A stretch of 64,000 nucleotides of DNA from Flavobacteriales bacterium UBA972. GTDB taxonomy: Bacteria; Bacteroidota; Bacteroidia; Flavobacteriales; Schleiferiaceae. The position numbers and the translations under genes were made by a program. This document shows, piece by piece, positions 28,281 to 38,370 of the stretch. How positions within the stretch are numbered: the stretch's first letter is position 1; every line of letters begins with the position of its first letter. Where the stretch lies: positions 3,288 through 67,287 of the forward strand of contig DBBY01000042.1 in the NCBI GenBank assembly GCA_002292855.1, read 5' to 3'. The notes under the pieces were generated by a model. That model did no database searches and was not told the DNA's origin. It saw only the letters and a program-made list of their open reading frames with translations.

Positions 28281-28874
28281 ATGCTCCGAGGGTCCATCCT
28301 GCTTTTGGCTGCCGTGCTCGCTTCGGGCTGCAGCGCTCCCCCAATAGGGCGGTTTGCGCTCGAGCAAAATCCCAGTCAGATCATGACTATGGAACTGTAT
28401 CGAAGCCGCAGCACCTGGAGCTTCGTGCAAAGCTACCCGGGATTGGTTAACCGCGTCGAAATGGACCGAAGAGGCAACCTCCTGGGCCACGAACTGACCG
28501 CCGGAAGCCAGGTGCTAAGCTCAAGGAGGGAAGGTTCTGAACTAATTCTGCCTGCCGGCCGCGTCCCGAGCCCAGACAGCCTCTACCACCTGAGCGCACT
28601 TACTGCCCTACCCCTGCTCCTGCCCAAAATTCAAAGCCTCTCCCTGGGTTCGTCGGCGCAGGTTAGCGCGAGTACGGCACCCTCGGGTGACCTTGTAGTC
28701 ATAGAATGGACCTGCACCGCACGAAGCAACAGTGAACGGCGCTACCTAGCCCGCTATGAAGTCACTACGGCAGACCTTAGGTACACCAAGCAGCGGGGCC
28801 GATGGGCCCTGCAGTCGGCCGAATACCGCGAGCGTGAATACGTGCAGCGATGGAATAGGATTCCGCGCCGCTAA
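28281..28874 (+). CDS. hypothetical lipoprotein
   Basis: MLRGSILLLAAVLASGC lipobox. The upstream part of the 27993 ORF is antisense to xth and is discarded. Confidence 0.55.
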   Translation: MLRGSILLLAAVLASGCSAPPIGRFALEQNPSQIMTMELYRSRSTWSFVQSYPGLVNRVEMDRRGNLLGHELTAGSQVLSSRREGSELILPAGRVPSPDSLYHLSALTALPLLLPKIQSLSLGSSAQVSASTAPSGDLVVIEWTCTARSNSERRYLARYEVTTADLRYTKQRGRWALQSAEYREREYVQRWNRIPRR

Positions 28875-28879
28875 GCCTC

Positions 28880-31800
28880 TTACATGTTGCGGCGGTACTG
28901 ACCGCCCACTTCAAACATGGCCTCGGTAATGGCACCTAAAGAGCACACTTTAGCAGCTTCCATGATGGCATCAAACATGGGCTCGTTGGTCAATGCCGCA
29001 CGACTAATACGGTCCAATGCCTGGGCAGACTCGTCCTTACGGACTGCCTGAATCTGCTCTACCCGGGCAATCTGCCGTTCCTTCTCGTCGACCTCAGCGC
29101 GGATTACCTCGCCCGGAATAAGGGTTGGGGAACCTTTGCTGCTCAAGAAGGTATTCACGCCAATAATGGGGAACTCGCCGGTGTGCTTGAGCATCTCGTA
29201 GTGCATCGACTCCTCCTGAATCTTGCCTCGCTGGTACATGGTCTCCATCGCTCCGAGCACGCCACCGCGCTCGTTAATGCGGTCAAATTCCAGAAGAACA
29301 GCGTCTTCGACCAAGTCGGTCAGCTCTTCGATGATAAAGGAACCCTGAATCGGGTTCTCGTTTTTGGCCAAGCCCAGTTCCTTGTTGATAATCAACTGAA
29401 TGGCCATCGCACGGCGCACACTTTCTTCGGTCGGAGTCGTGATTGCCTCGTCGTAGGCATTGGTATGCAGCGAGTTGCAGTTGTCGTAGATGGCATACAG
29501 GGCCTGCAGCGTGGTTCGAATGTCGTTAAAATCAATCTCCTGAGCGTGCAAGGACCTGCCCGAGGTCTGAATATGGTACTTCAGCATTTGCGCCCTGGGG
29601 TCCGCTCCGTACTTATTTTTCATGGCTTTAGCCCAAATCCGGCGTGCCACGCGTCCGATTACGGCATACTCCGGGTCGATTCCGTTGCTAAAGAAAAAGC
29701 TCAGGTTCGGACCAAATGCGTTGATGTCCATGCCTCGGCTGAGGTAGTACTCTACGTAGGTGAATCCGTTGGCCAGGGTGAATGCAAGTTGAGAAATCGG
29801 GTTGGCGCCCGCTTCGGCAATGTGGTAGCCGCTGATCGACACCGAGTAGAAATTCCGCACCCTGCGGTCAATGAAGTAGGCCTGCACGTCACCCATCAGG
29901 CGAAGCGCAAATTCGGTGCTGAAAATGCAGGTGTTTTGCGCTTGATCCTCCTTGAGAATGTCGGCCTGAACCGTTCCCCGCACCTGATTCAGCGCATCAT
30001 CCTTGATGGCCGCATAGACCTTTGCCGGCAGCACTTCGTCGCCCGAAATGCCGAGGAGCATGAGGCCCAAACCGTCGTTGCCCTCGGGCAAGGTGCCGTG
30101 GTAGCGCGGACGAACCTGACCCTTGGCTTCGTACTTGGCCTGCAGAACCTTCTCTACCTCAGACTCTAGGCCATTGAGCTTAATGTACTTCTCGCACTGC
30201 TGGTCGATCGCGGCATTCAAAAAGAACGCGAGCACCATCGGGGCGGGCCCGTTAATGGTCATGGACACCGAGGTGGCGGGGTCGCAAAGATCAAAGCCGC
30301 TGTACAAACGCTTTGCGTCGTCGAGGCAGCAGACCGAAACCCCGGCGTTGCCGAGCTTTCCATAAATATCGGGGCGTCGACCCGGGTCGCGTCCATAAAG
30401 TGTTACCGAATCAAAAGCAGTCGAAAGCCGTTTGGCGGGCGTACCCAACGACACATAGTGAAAGCGCTTATTGGTCCGCTCTGGACCGCCCTCGCCGGCA
30501 AACATGCGCGTCGGATCCTCGCCCTGGCGCTTGAAGGGGTACAGTCCTGCCGTGTAGGGGAACATGCCCGGAACATTCTCCTGAAGCTGCCAGCGAAGAA
30601 TATCACCCCAGCTGCGGTAGGATGGAGTCACAACCTTGGGAATATCTGAATTCGAAAGGGACTTCGTGTGGGTGGGCAGCTTAATGTCCTTGCCCCGAAC
30701 CTGGTAGACGTACTCGGGGTTTTTGTAGCGCTGCCGCAGGGCATTCCAACCTTCGATTAGGGCCCAGTTGTGCGGATCCAAATCCCGCTTGCGCAGCTCG
30801 TAGGCCTCTTGAATGCCTTTGGCCAATCGGTCGCGGTCGTCCAGCTTTGACGCACGCATCTCGCCTTCAGCCTTGTGCAGGCTATAAAGTGCATCCGCCA
30901 CGTCGGCTTGGTGGTCCGCCCATGCGTTGTAGCTGCGGATTCCCTCTGATATCTCGCTCAGGTAGCGGGTTCGGTGGGGCGGAATCACAAAGAGCTTCTC
31001 GCCCGGCTCCTTGACCACTTCTGGGGCCAATTGCCACTGGTCGTTTGCAGTTTTTGTCCTGAGCGCATCGACGATGGCCGCAAACAGACGGTTGGTACCG
31101 GGATCGTTGAACTGGCTGGCCATGGTGCCAAAAACGGGCATGTCGTCCAAGGGGTCATCCCAGCGTAGGTGGTTACGTTGGTACTGTTTTTTAACGTCGC
31201 GGAGCGCGTCGAGGGCTCCGCGCTTATCAAATTTGTTGAGGGCAATCAAGTCGGCAAAATCGAGCATGTCAATTTTCTCGAGCTGCGTGGCTGCGCCGTA
31301 TTCTGGGGTCATCACATAAAGCGAGACGTCGCTGTGGTCAAGGATTTCCGTATCTGATTGGCCAATTCCACTGGTTTCTAGTACAATCAGGTCGTACTTG
31401 GCCGCCTTGAGCACAGTTAGGGCGTCGCTGACGTGCTTGCTCAGGGCAAGGTTGCTCTGGCGCGTAGCAAGAGAACGCATGTAGACGTTGTCGTGGTTGA
31501 TGGCATTCATCCTAATCCGGTCGCCGAGCAGGGCCCCTCCGGTCTTGCGCTTGGACGGATCCACACTCACCAAACCAATTTTAAGGCCCGGAAAATGGCG
31601 AAGCACGCGGCGTACGAGCTCATCGACCATGGAGCTTTTGCCGGAACCTCCGGTGCCGGTGATGCCCAAAACCGGAGCCTGATTCAGGGCTGCTAAAGCC
31701 TCGACCTCAGCCCTTAGGGTTTCGTAGACAGCAGGAGCATTTTCTGCGGCAGAAATCATGCGGGCCACCGAACGAGGCCTTTGAATTTTAACTCCTTCGA

Positions 31801-32263
31801 GGGCATCTTCAACCTGACTTCCGATGGCAAAATCACAGCGCTCCAGAAGGTCGTTAATCATGCCCTGAAGGCCCATAGTCCTTCCGTCGTCGGGGTGGTA
31901 GATCCGAGTAATTCCGTAGGCCTGAAGTTCTTGAATTTCACTGGGCAAAATAGTTCCACCGCCGCCGCCAAAGATTTTAATGTGCCCCGCTCCGCGTTCC
32001 TCCAGCAAGTCATGCATGAACTTGAAGTACTCCAAATGCCCGCCCTGGTAGGAGGTCATGGCAATGGCGTTGGCGTCTTCTTGAATGGCGGTCTCCACCA
32101 CCTCTTGGGCGCTGCGGTCGTGGCCCAAATGAATAACTTCGGCCCCTGACGACTGCAAGATGCGTCGCATTATGTTAATGCTCGCGTCGTGCCCGTCAAA
32201 AAGCGAGGCCGCCGTAACAATTCGAATCGGATGCTGGGGCTTGTAGGGTTGGGATTCCACCAT
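28880..32263 (-). CDS. icmF: fused isobutyryl-CoA/methylmalonyl-CoA mutase family protein (IcmF-type: B12-binding + MeaB-like GTPase + mutase domain)
   Basis: N-terminal B12 domain [20 protein letters not shown]-protein P-loop GTGGSGKSS and NKFD, and a large C-terminal mutase barrel. Start at internal ATG 32263. Confidence 0.8.
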   Translation of the reverse strand: MVESQPYKPQHPIRIVTAASLFDGHDASINIMRRILQSSGAEVIHLGHDRSAQEVVETAIQEDANAIAMTSYQGGHLEYFKFMHDLLEERGAGHIKIFGGGGGTILPSEIQELQAYGITRIYHPDDGRTMGLQGMINDLLERCDFAIGSQVEDALEGVKIQRPRSVARMISAAENAPAVYETLRAEVEALAALNQAPVLGITGTGGSGKSSMVDELVRRVLRHFPGLKIGLVSVDPSKRKTGGALLGDRIRMNAINHDNVYMRSLATRQSNLALSKHVSDALTVLKAAKYDLIVLETSGIGQSDTEILDHSDVSLYVMTPEYGAATQLEKIDMLDFADLIALNKFDKRGALDALRDVKKQYQRNHLRWDDPLDDMPVFGTMASQFNDPGTNRLFAAIVDALRTKTANDQWQLAPEVVKEPGEKLFVIPPHRTRYLSEISEGIRSYNAWADHQADVADALYSLHKAEGEMRASKLDDRDRLAKGIQEAYELRKRDLDPHNWALIEGWNALRQRYKNPEYVYQVRGKDIKLPTHTKSLSNSDIPKVVTPSYRSWGDILRWQLQENVPGMFPYTAGLYPFKRQGEDPTRMFAGEGGPERTNKRFHYVSLGTPAKRLSTAFDSVTLYGRDPGRRPDIYGKLGNAGVSVCCLDDAKRLYSGFDLCDPATSVSMTINGPAPMVLAFFLNAAIDQQCEKYIKLNGLESEVEKVLQAKYEAKGQVRPRYHGTLPEGNDGLGLMLLGISGDEVLPAKVYAAIKDDALNQVRGTVQADILKEDQAQNTCIFSTEFALRLMGDVQAYFIDRRVRNFYSVSISGYHIAEAGANPISQLAFTLANGFTYVEYYLSRGMDINAFGPNLSFFFSNGIDPEYAVIGRVARRIWAKAMKNKYGADPRAQMLKYHIQTSGRSLHAQEIDFNDIRTTLQALYAIYDNCNSLHTNAYDEAITTPTEESVRRAMAIQLIINKELGLAKNENPIQGSFIIEELTDLVEDAVLLEFDRINERGGVLGAMETMYQRGKIQEESMHYEMLKHTGEFPIIGVNTFLSSKGSPTLIPGEVIRAEVDEKERQIARVEQIQAVRKDESAQALDRISRAALTNEPMFDAIMEAAKVCSLGAITEAMFEVGGQYRRNM

Positions 32264-32268
32264 AAAAG

Positions 32269-32276
32269 CAAAGATA
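32269..32276 (-). promoter_or_regulatory. -7 box TATCTTTG, 5 nt upstream of the icmF ATG
   Basis: Exact TAnnTTTG match. It supports ATG 32263 over the 95-codon ORF extension. Confidence 0.4.
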
Positions 32277-32294
32277 CCGCGCAGACCGAGACCC

Positions 32295-33023
32295 CTACTG
32301 CCCGATCGCTCGGTCGAGCAGATCCGCAAAGGTCCGCCAGTGACGAAACTCAAAGTCAGGAATTGCCTGAGCGTCAGGCGCAATGGCATCCGCGGCGTGA
32401 AACCAGGCCGTGCGCATACCAACTCCCTGCCCACCAAGTACATCCCGGAGCAAGGAATCTCCGACCATCCACGACTCCTGAGGACTGGCCCCCGCTGCGT
32501 GAAGTGCTGCCGTGAAAATCCCTGGACTGGGCTTGTAGGAGCCCGCACGGTCCGAAGTCATGCTTACTGTGAAGAACTGGCTCAATCCCAAGGCAGCCAC
32601 CTTGCGCTCTTGGGGTTCCGACACCCCATTGGTGATGAGATGCAGCTGGTGTCCGACTTGGCGAAGCTCCTCTAGAGCCTCTGCGGCACCGTCGTAACCC
32701 TGACCGAGGTCAGGCAATCGCTTCTTGAGTCGGGATTCGCAGTCTTTGGCAAGTTCTTTAAGGCCTTTGGGCGAACCCTGAACCAGTCCCATTTCGCGAA
32801 ACAGGAGCGCAAACCGACGCGCCCTGACGTATTCTACTCCGAGGTTATGGTCTTGAATGTGGTCCCAAAGGCGGTCGTTGATGGCCAAATAGCACGCTGC
32901 AAATTGCGCAGAGGTCCCGTATGAATCCCATCCCAAGTCCGCGTGGAGTTCTTCAAAAAAGATCCTGTGGTTGCCCTCATGGTGCCAAAGAGTGCGATCA
33001 AGATCAAAAAAAAGATGGGCCAT
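32295..33023 (-). CDS. HAD-superfamily hydrolase (YjjG/haloacid dehalogenase-like)
   Basis: Motif [15 protein letters not shown], and motif [12 protein letters not shown]. Confidence 0.75.
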   Translation of the reverse strand: MAHLFFDLDRTLWHHEGNHRIFFEELHADLGWDSYGTSAQFAACYLAINDRLWDHIQDHNLGVEYVRARRFALLFREMGLVQGSPKGLKELAKDCESRLKKRLPDLGQGYDGAAEALEELRQVGHQLHLITNGVSEPQERKVAALGLSQFFTVSMTSDRAGSYKPSPGIFTAALHAAGASPQESWMVGDSLLRDVLGGQGVGMRTAWFHAADAIAPDAQAIPDFEFRHWRTFADLLDRAIGQ

Positions 33024-33102
33024 GGTGCAAAGGTCGATGCGGGGGCTCGAGGAATGTCAAAAAAGTTAACCTTAACCACACGGGCGTGGCACTTGTTTGC
33101 TC

Positions 33103-33110
33103 TATTTTTG
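33103..33110 (+). promoter_or_regulatory. -7 box TATTTTTG, 17 nt upstream of ATG 33128
   Basis: Exact TAnnTTTG match in the 104-nt divergent intergenic region. Confidence 0.35.
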
Positions 33111-33127
33111 GTGCTTAATTAAAACGT

Positions 33128-33763
33128 ATGACGCCTCGTACCATTCTTTATCTGCGCATCGCCTTAGGGGTCATCGCAGTTTTATTTGCCTTTCGCATTT
33201 ACCGAATCATCATGGAGCCCATTGAGTTCCAGAAAATTAAGGATCGCCGCTACGAGGCGGTAATCATGCAGCTCGAGCAGCTCCGCGAAGCGCAGCTCGC
33301 CTTCAAAAATGAATACGGCATGTATGCCTCCGAAGTTTCTACCCTGGTAGACTTCATCAAAAACGCAGAAGTGACGATTGTAGAGCGCAAGGATTCCTCG
33401 TTCATGCAGTACAACAAGGTCTACCAAATTGACATGAACAAAGACACCATCATCTACCGCGTGATCGGCAGCGCCCCCGCACTGACGAAACTCCGCAGCC
33501 AAAGAGAAGATTTGTTCCCCGAAGACCTCAACCTAGACGACTTGCTCACCATTAAATACAGCCAAGATTCTACCTTTAAAATGGGTACTGCGGTGATTGA
33601 GAAAAATGGAATTAAAGTGCCCGTGTTTGAAATCAAGGCGAGCAATGCTGCCATATTCAGCGAATTCTACGGCAAGTACGAAAACTACATTAAGCGCTTA
33701 AAAAACAGCGATTTAATCGTCGGTTCGCTCACCGAGCCAACCCTTAGCGGCAACTGGAACTAA
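33128..33763 (+). CDS. hypothetical membrane-anchored protein
   Basis: 211 aa with one N-terminal TM. The gene is AT-richer than its surroundings. No family recognised. Confidence 0.55.
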   Translation: MTPRTILYLRIALGVIAVLFAFRIYRIIMEPIEFQKIKDRRYEAVIMQLEQLREAQLAFKNEYGMYASEVSTLVDFIKNAEVTIVERKDSSFMQYNKVYQIDMNKDTIIYRVIGSAPALTKLRSQREDLFPEDLNLDDLLTIKYSQDSTFKMGTAVIEKNGIKVPVFEIKASNAAIFSEFYGKYENYIKRLKNSDLIVGSLTEPTLSGNWN

Positions 33764-33768
33764 TCGCT

Positions 33769-34290
33769 TTGACTCCATCAGTTTGGGTTGAACCCTCTAG
33801 CGGACTCCAATGGCATGATGAATCATTCTGCATGCTGGTGCCCAAAAATAGTGCGGACTCCGACTGGCGAATCGTCGACCCTCAAGGAAGCTCCTGGTTT
33901 CGCAGTCCTTTGGATGAGCGCTACCACTTAGTCTACCGCTTTTCTGAAAGCCCAGAGGGAGCGCAACCCCTAAGTCTTTTTAACCTTCGCAGGTGGCTCA
34001 GCAGCCGACCTACCGGCCGGGCAGTTCGGGCCCAGTGGTGGAACGACCGTTTAGAGCTCGCCGCCTTAGACGGAACCCTAATTAAAGCCCATGCGGTGCA
34101 TCGGGCCCCAAGTGCCGAGGATGCCGCGTACTTTGCCTTGCTCCTGTTTGACCAGCTTGACTGGGCAGGCAGCACGGTACCGTTGTTTTGGGAAGGGGAA
34201 GGAAGCGAAGACGTCCAGAAGTGGACGAAGCATTTTATTGCGCACTGGCACAGCCGTTCCCTTGAGGGCGTTTTGGGACTCGCATCGTGA
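33769..34290 (+). CDS. hypothetical protein (possibly DUF3822-like, short)
   Basis: 173-aa ORF that begins with TTG. Its position directly upstream of rsmD is where DUF3822 proteins sit in other Bacteroidota (memory, weak). Confidence 0.35.
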   Translation: MTPSVWVEPSSGLQWHDESFCMLVPKNSADSDWRIVDPQGSSWFRSPLDERYHLVYRFSESPEGAQPLSLFNLRRWLSSRPTGRAVRAQWWNDRLELAALDGTLIKAHAVHRAPSAEDAAYFALLLFDQLDWAGSTVPLFWEGEGSEDVQKWTKHFIAHWHSRSLEGVLGLAS

Positions 34291-34814
34291 GAATAATCCG
34301 AGGTTCCCACCGCGCCAAAATCCTTCGAGCTCCGTCAAGCCTGCCCGTGAGGCCTACTACCGACATGGCCAAAGAAGGCCTTTTCAACATCCTTGAGAAC
34401 CACCTAACCTGGAGCGAAGTGCGGGCTCTCGACCTCTTTGCCGGCACCGGGAACCTCAGCTACGAAATGGCCAGCCGCGGATGCCCTGACGTTACCGCGG
34501 TGGACAGCTACCGAGACTGCGTCCGCTTCATTCAAAAAACCGCAGAACAGCTTCAGCTTCCCATTCGCACGGTGGGCGAAGACGCCATGCGCTTTGTGCA
34601 GCGCAATCCCAGCCGCTGGAACGTCATTTTGGCAGACCCGCCCTACGACTTTGCCCACTACCCTGCGTTGGCCGACCTGGCCCTTGCACGCCTTACCGAA
34701 GACGGACTGCTCGTAATCGAGCACAGTGCCGCCACCGATTTTAAGGAGCATCCGAACTTCACGGAGGTGCGCCGCTACGGCAGCGTACACTTTAGCTTTT
34801 TTGCAGCGCCTTAA
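34287..34814 (+). CDS. rsmD: 16S rRNA (guanine966-N2)-methyltransferase
   Basis: RPTTDMAKEGLFNIL, LDLFAGTGNLSYE, ILADPPY. Confidence 0.85.
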   Translation: MRIIRGSHRAKILRAPSSLPVRPTTDMAKEGLFNILENHLTWSEVRALDLFAGTGNLSYEMASRGCPDVTAVDSYRDCVRFIQKTAEQLQLPIRTVGEDAMRFVQRNPSRWNVILADPPYDFAHYPALADLALARLTEDGLLVIEHSAATDFKEHPNFTEVRRYGSVHFSFFAAP

Positions 34815-35370
34815 GCCAAGCCGCTACCGCCCGACTTCGGTGGCTGATGAGGCTTTTTTCGCCTTCCTGCATCTCGGCAAAGGTTCTGCCGTCGCCCTCA
34901 GACGGAACAAAAAGTGAATCGTAGCCAAATCCCTGACTGCCGCGCTCTGCTTGGGTGATTTCTCCTTCAACCTGGCCCAAATAAAGGGAGGTACCCTCTT
35001 GGGTAGTCCAGGCCAAAACGGTCTTGAATCGAGCTTTGCGCTCTGCCGCACCTTGCATGTGCACAAGAAGCTTGGCTCGGTTGTCGGAATCTGATTTTTG
35101 AGGACCCGCATAGTAGGCGCTGTGAACCCCTGGAAGACCATCTAAATAATCCACTTCAAGTCCGCTATCGTCCGCAAGGCTGGGTAGACCGCAGGCACGC
35201 CAAAGAAACTCGGACTTTTGCTGGGCATTCTCTTGAAGGGTCGTCCCGTCTTCAGGGAGCTCTCCTGCAATACCTAAATCCGAGGGGGTCAGCAACTCCC
35301 AATGTTCAGGAAGCACAGCCCTTAGTTCGCGAATCTTGTGCGGATTCTGGCTTGCAAGCACCAATTTCAC
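34792..35370 (-). CDS. rdgB: non-canonical purine NTP pyrophosphatase (dITP/XTP pyrophosphatase, HAM1 family)
   Basis: KLVLASQNPHKIRE..DDSGLEVDYL.GLPGVHSA..GFGYD.LF..SHR. Confidence 0.85.
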   Translation of the reverse strand: MKLVLASQNPHKIRELRAVLPEHWELLTPSDLGIAGELPEDGTTLQENAQQKSEFLWRACGLPSLADDSGLEVDYLDGLPGVHSAYYAGPQKSDSDNRAKLLVHMQGAAERKARFKTVLAWTTQEGTSLYLGQVEGEITQAERGSQGFGYDSLFVPSEGDGRTFAEMQEGEKSLISHRSRAVAAWLKALQKS

Positions 35371-36320
35371 TGGGTACGGTCTAAAACGTGATCCTGGTCC
35401 GCAATGGCGCGAAGGCCTTCAGGAACCGAAGCGCGCACAATCTGGGCAAGGGCCTCCACCATTCCTTTTTTGGGGTTGCCCGGCATGGTCAATAGGGCGA
35501 CTTGCCTAACGGGGCGGGGTTCCGCAATAGGCTTGACCCGTTTTTGGCGGACCGCTGAGAGTTCGTCAATGGCCAACTGGGGCAAAAGCGTCATTCCAAG
35601 GCCCTCGTCGGCAAGGCGCACTAGGGTTTCAAACTGCCCAACCTTGACCGTTATGCGTTCGTTGGGCCGCTCCACTCCGCAAAGCTTAAGAACCTGGTCC
35701 CTAAAGCAATGACCCTCTGGAAGCAGCAGGATTTGCTCCATCTTGAGCTCCGAGGAGGTCAAGAATAAATCCCGAGACTTGGGGTGACCCTCGGGCAAGT
35801 AAGCAAAAAGTGGTTCGCGGTAGAGGGCCTCCTGCACAAAGTGACTGGGTGAGATCGGAACCGCCAGTATGGCCGCATCCAGCAAGCCCGAGTCCAGCTT
35901 CTCGAGGAGCTGGTCCGTCATGGCCTCCTCGATCTCCAGTTTTAGGTTGGCAAACCGACGCAGCAGTTCAGGGGCAAAACGCGGAATCAGGTAGGGTGCA
36001 ATGGTAGAAATTATACCCAAGCGGAGCCTACCCTCCAGGTGCATGTGAAAGTGCCGGCTAGCCTCAAGGAGGTTATGAGCCGAGTGCATCGTCCGTTGGG
36101 CATGAGCCAATACCTGAACTCCCAGTGGGGTGAGTTGAATGGGTTGGCTCCGGCGGTCCACCAAACTTCCTTGAACGAGCTCTTCTAATTTTTGAATTTG
36201 GGCCGACAATGTTGGCTGCGAAACACCACAGGCCTTGGCAGCCCTACCAAAATGGCAGTGCTCCGCTAGGGCCTCAAAGTACTGCAGCTGAATTAGGGTA
36301 ATTGCCACGGAGCGTTCCAT
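35367..36320 (-). CDS. oxyR: LysR-family regulator, OxyR-like
   Basis: HTH LIQLQYFEALAEHCHFGRAAKACGVSQPTLSAQI. LLLPEGHCFRDQVLKLCG carries the two Cys at OxyR C199/C208-like spacing. Confidence 0.65.
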   Translation of the reverse strand: MERSVAITLIQLQYFEALAEHCHFGRAAKACGVSQPTLSAQIQKLEELVQGSLVDRRSQPIQLTPLGVQVLAHAQRTMHSAHNLLEASRHFHMHLEGRLRLGIISTIAPYLIPRFAPELLRRFANLKLEIEEAMTDQLLEKLDSGLLDAAILAVPISPSHFVQEALYREPLFAYLPEGHPKSRDLFLTSSELKMEQILLLPEGHCFRDQVLKLCGVERPNERITVKVGQFETLVRLADEGLGMTLLPQLAIDELSAVRQKRVKPIAEPRPVRQVALLTMPGNPKKGMVEALAQIVRASVPEGLRAIADQDHVLDRTQ

Positions 36321-37207
36321 CGTTCCCACCGAAGATAGGGCACATTAACCGCCCCAAAACCTTGGTAAAAGCGGGCTAAACCCTCTGCCGAGGTTCCCTC
36401 GAAGTCGAGAATCTTCCAGCGTCCAACGGCCATCGTGATGAACTCATTGATGAGCCAAGTCATGGAGTTGCTCTCGCGTCCCTCGGGGGTGGTGGCGCTA
36501 AAAAGCAGCAGAGCACGATCCCCAGAAAAAGCCACAAAAATGCCAGCAAGCCATTGGTTGCCTTCGCCCAGCGCAGCCCAAACCGCTCCCCTGCCTTGGT
36601 GCAGCAGGTGGTACATGGCCGTCTTCATGGCCTGATCGTAGCCCTTGGGAATCGCATACTTCTCCCCTTGATTTTGGGCGAAATAATTCCATAATTCCTC
36701 GGGATTGCTGTACTCCCAGAGCTGGTTGACCCCGGCCTTCGCGAGATTTCGGCGGGTCTGGCTTGAATAAGCCTGGTGCAGTGCCTCGTAGCTCCCGTCC
36801 AGCCGAAGCTCGTAGTTAGGTGCTGAGTACCATCGCTCCCAACCTGCCTTGCGCCAATGCCAACCACGGTCTGCATACCATCCAGTCGGCCTGCTCATGC
36901 TCAGGCGCAGTCGGAGCAGCCTCGGCAGCGCGTCCAAGGCCTCCCTAAGCCGCTCAGGATCGTCTGCTGCCCTGCCCAATGGTCCGAGCCGCTGGGCTCC
37001 AAACGGGCAAAATGCCTGCTTAAAACCCCATTTACTCCGCCCGAGGGCAAAAGGAAGAATGAGGTCTTCGGACTGCAGCGCCATCCAGTTAATACCCAAA
37101 CAATCCAAATAGCCCATGCGGTCGTAGGGGAAGCCGTCGCTGCGAAGCGCGTGGGCCAGTTCCCACTCTTCTTCGTTGGGGTTGTCGGTGGTTTTAAATG
37201 GGCTCAT
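36293..37207 (-). CDS. FemAB-like/GNAT (Acetyltransf_6-type) domain protein
   Basis: 304 aa. The C-terminal half (..LAGIFVAFSGDRALLLFSATTPEGRE..MTWLINEFI..ILDFEG..GLARFYQGFG) resembles FemAB/BioF2-like acyltransferases. ATGA overlap with the upstream gene. Confidence 0.4.
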   Translation of the reverse strand: MSPFKTTDNPNEEEWELAHALRSDGFPYDRMGYLDCLGINWMALQSEDLILPFALGRSKWGFKQAFCPFGAQRLGPLGRAADDPERLREALDALPRLLRLRLSMSRPTGWYADRGWHWRKAGWERWYSAPNYELRLDGSYEALHQAYSSQTRRNLAKAGVNQLWEYSNPEELWNYFAQNQGEKYAIPKGYDQAMKTAMYHLLHQGRGAVWAALGEGNQWLAGIFVAFSGDRALLLFSATTPEGRESNSMTWLINEFITMAVGRWKILDFEGTSAEGLARFYQGFGAVNVPYLRWERWNAPWQLP

Positions 37208-38370
37208 TGGGGCGCGCGCTGGGTAGCGCATTGTGTGGCGAATTCTGCCAACCAAAGTTCGAGGCCCAAGCGCCAATTCTCAAAATTATTTGCATTTCGC
37301 TCTGCCTCGGGTCGTGGACCAAAAATTCGCCAGTGCGTTCCCACCCGAAGCGGGGCGCCTACCGACCACGCTGCCGCCTGCAGTTCATGCAAGGCATCGG
37401 CTATTTCGCGCGGACTCCTCCCGATAAAGTTCTGGTCCATTGCCGACACGGGCACTAAACTAAAGCCCTCGTCATGGGGAACGGCGCTGGCCCATCCCGC
37501 TCGAAACCCCGGGGCGTCGGCGAATTCTAAGGACCAATCTTCGGTCAGACCGAGATCAGAAAGCGCGTTTGCAGCTTCGCTTTGGCCTGCATTGCGCAGA
37601 AAGTGAAACCGCTGGCGAAGCACGGGGCGATTTAGAATATGCTCGAGGGTCGCAAGCTCCTCGCGATAGCCGCCCGGGCGATCGTGGCTGCCGTAAGATA
37701 GGTGGCTCGCGACCTCAAACCTCATTTGCAGCTGCCGAAGGGCTTCATGAACTGCCTCATGCTTGGCCTCTACGCCCCGATCGTAGGGCCCCCTACGACT
37801 CGAAAGTAGGGCAAAAAACTGAAGACCCAGGTTAGGATGCCTCTTCTGCAAGCCCACCCAGTAGGTCATGCTATAAAAGGGATCCGGGCCCTGCAGGCGC
37901 TCCCTAACGGCGTACCAAGCACCCATAAACAGATCGCGAAGCAATCCACCCAGGAATGAAATCCAACCGCGACCACGGTAGGCAAAAAGATGATCAATAT
38001 CCACCACCACAATTGGGTCAGGGCGAAGCAATTCAGGCATTGCTATGCCGAGCATTCGCCCCAACTCCCTGGCTCGAAGCTCCGCCTCCGGAAGGGCCAG
38101 GCTTCGCTTGGCGCTGCGACCCATCGGGCGAAGGTGCTCGTCCTTGGGCAAAGTCTGCTCCCAGAAATAGGTTCGCCACAGGATCCAGGCCGCGTGATCA
38201 TCGGCTTGGGGCTCTACTGCACTCGGGGAATCAAGCCACCCCGAATCCCCCCAGTCAAGGGCATCCTCACTCTGACCAAACGAGACACTACGGCCCCAGG
38301 CCTGCCCCAGCAGCCTTGCCGTGTCGCGGTGGGCGAGCCCCGGGTTGCTGTGCTTGAGAACCGTGGTCAT
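37204..38370 (-). CDS. hypothetical protein, possibly a divergent polysaccharide-deacetylase (NodB)-like protein
   Basis: 388 aa. The ..RQRFHFLR..LGLTEDWSLEFADAPGFRAG..VSAMD pattern recalls the Bacteroidota 'polysaccharide deacetylase family' C-termini (memory only). Confidence 0.35.
   Translation of the reverse strand: MTTVLKHSNPGLAHRDTARLLGQAWGRSVSFGQSEDALDWGDSGWLDSPSAVEPQADDHAAWILWRTYFWEQTLPKDEHLRPMGRSAKRSLALPEAELRARELGRMLGIAMPELLRPDPIVVVDIDHLFAYRGRGWISFLGGLLRDLFMGAWYAVRERLQGPDPFYSMTYWVGLQKRHPNLGLQFFALLSSRRGPYDRGVEAKHEAVHEALRQLQMRFEVASHLSYGSHDRPGGYREELATLEHILNRPVLRQRFHFLRNAGQSEAANALSDLGLTEDWSLEFADAPGFRAGWASAVPHDEGFSLVPVSAMDQNFIGRSPREIADALHELQAAAWSVGAPLRVGTHWRIFGPRPEAERNANNFENWRLGLELWLAEFATQCATQRAPQ

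Noticed and set aside
32264-32548. N-terminal ORF extensions of icmF (95 codons), xth (28254-28490), cysS (50145-50291), pepE (54433-54966), purB (3240-3323), the FtsX permease (13914-14018) and GT2 number 2 (18963-19199).
   Set aside because: Each extension overlaps the neighbouring gene and lacks family similarity. Internal starts coincide with the conserved N-termini, with ATGA/GTGA coupling or with a -7 box.
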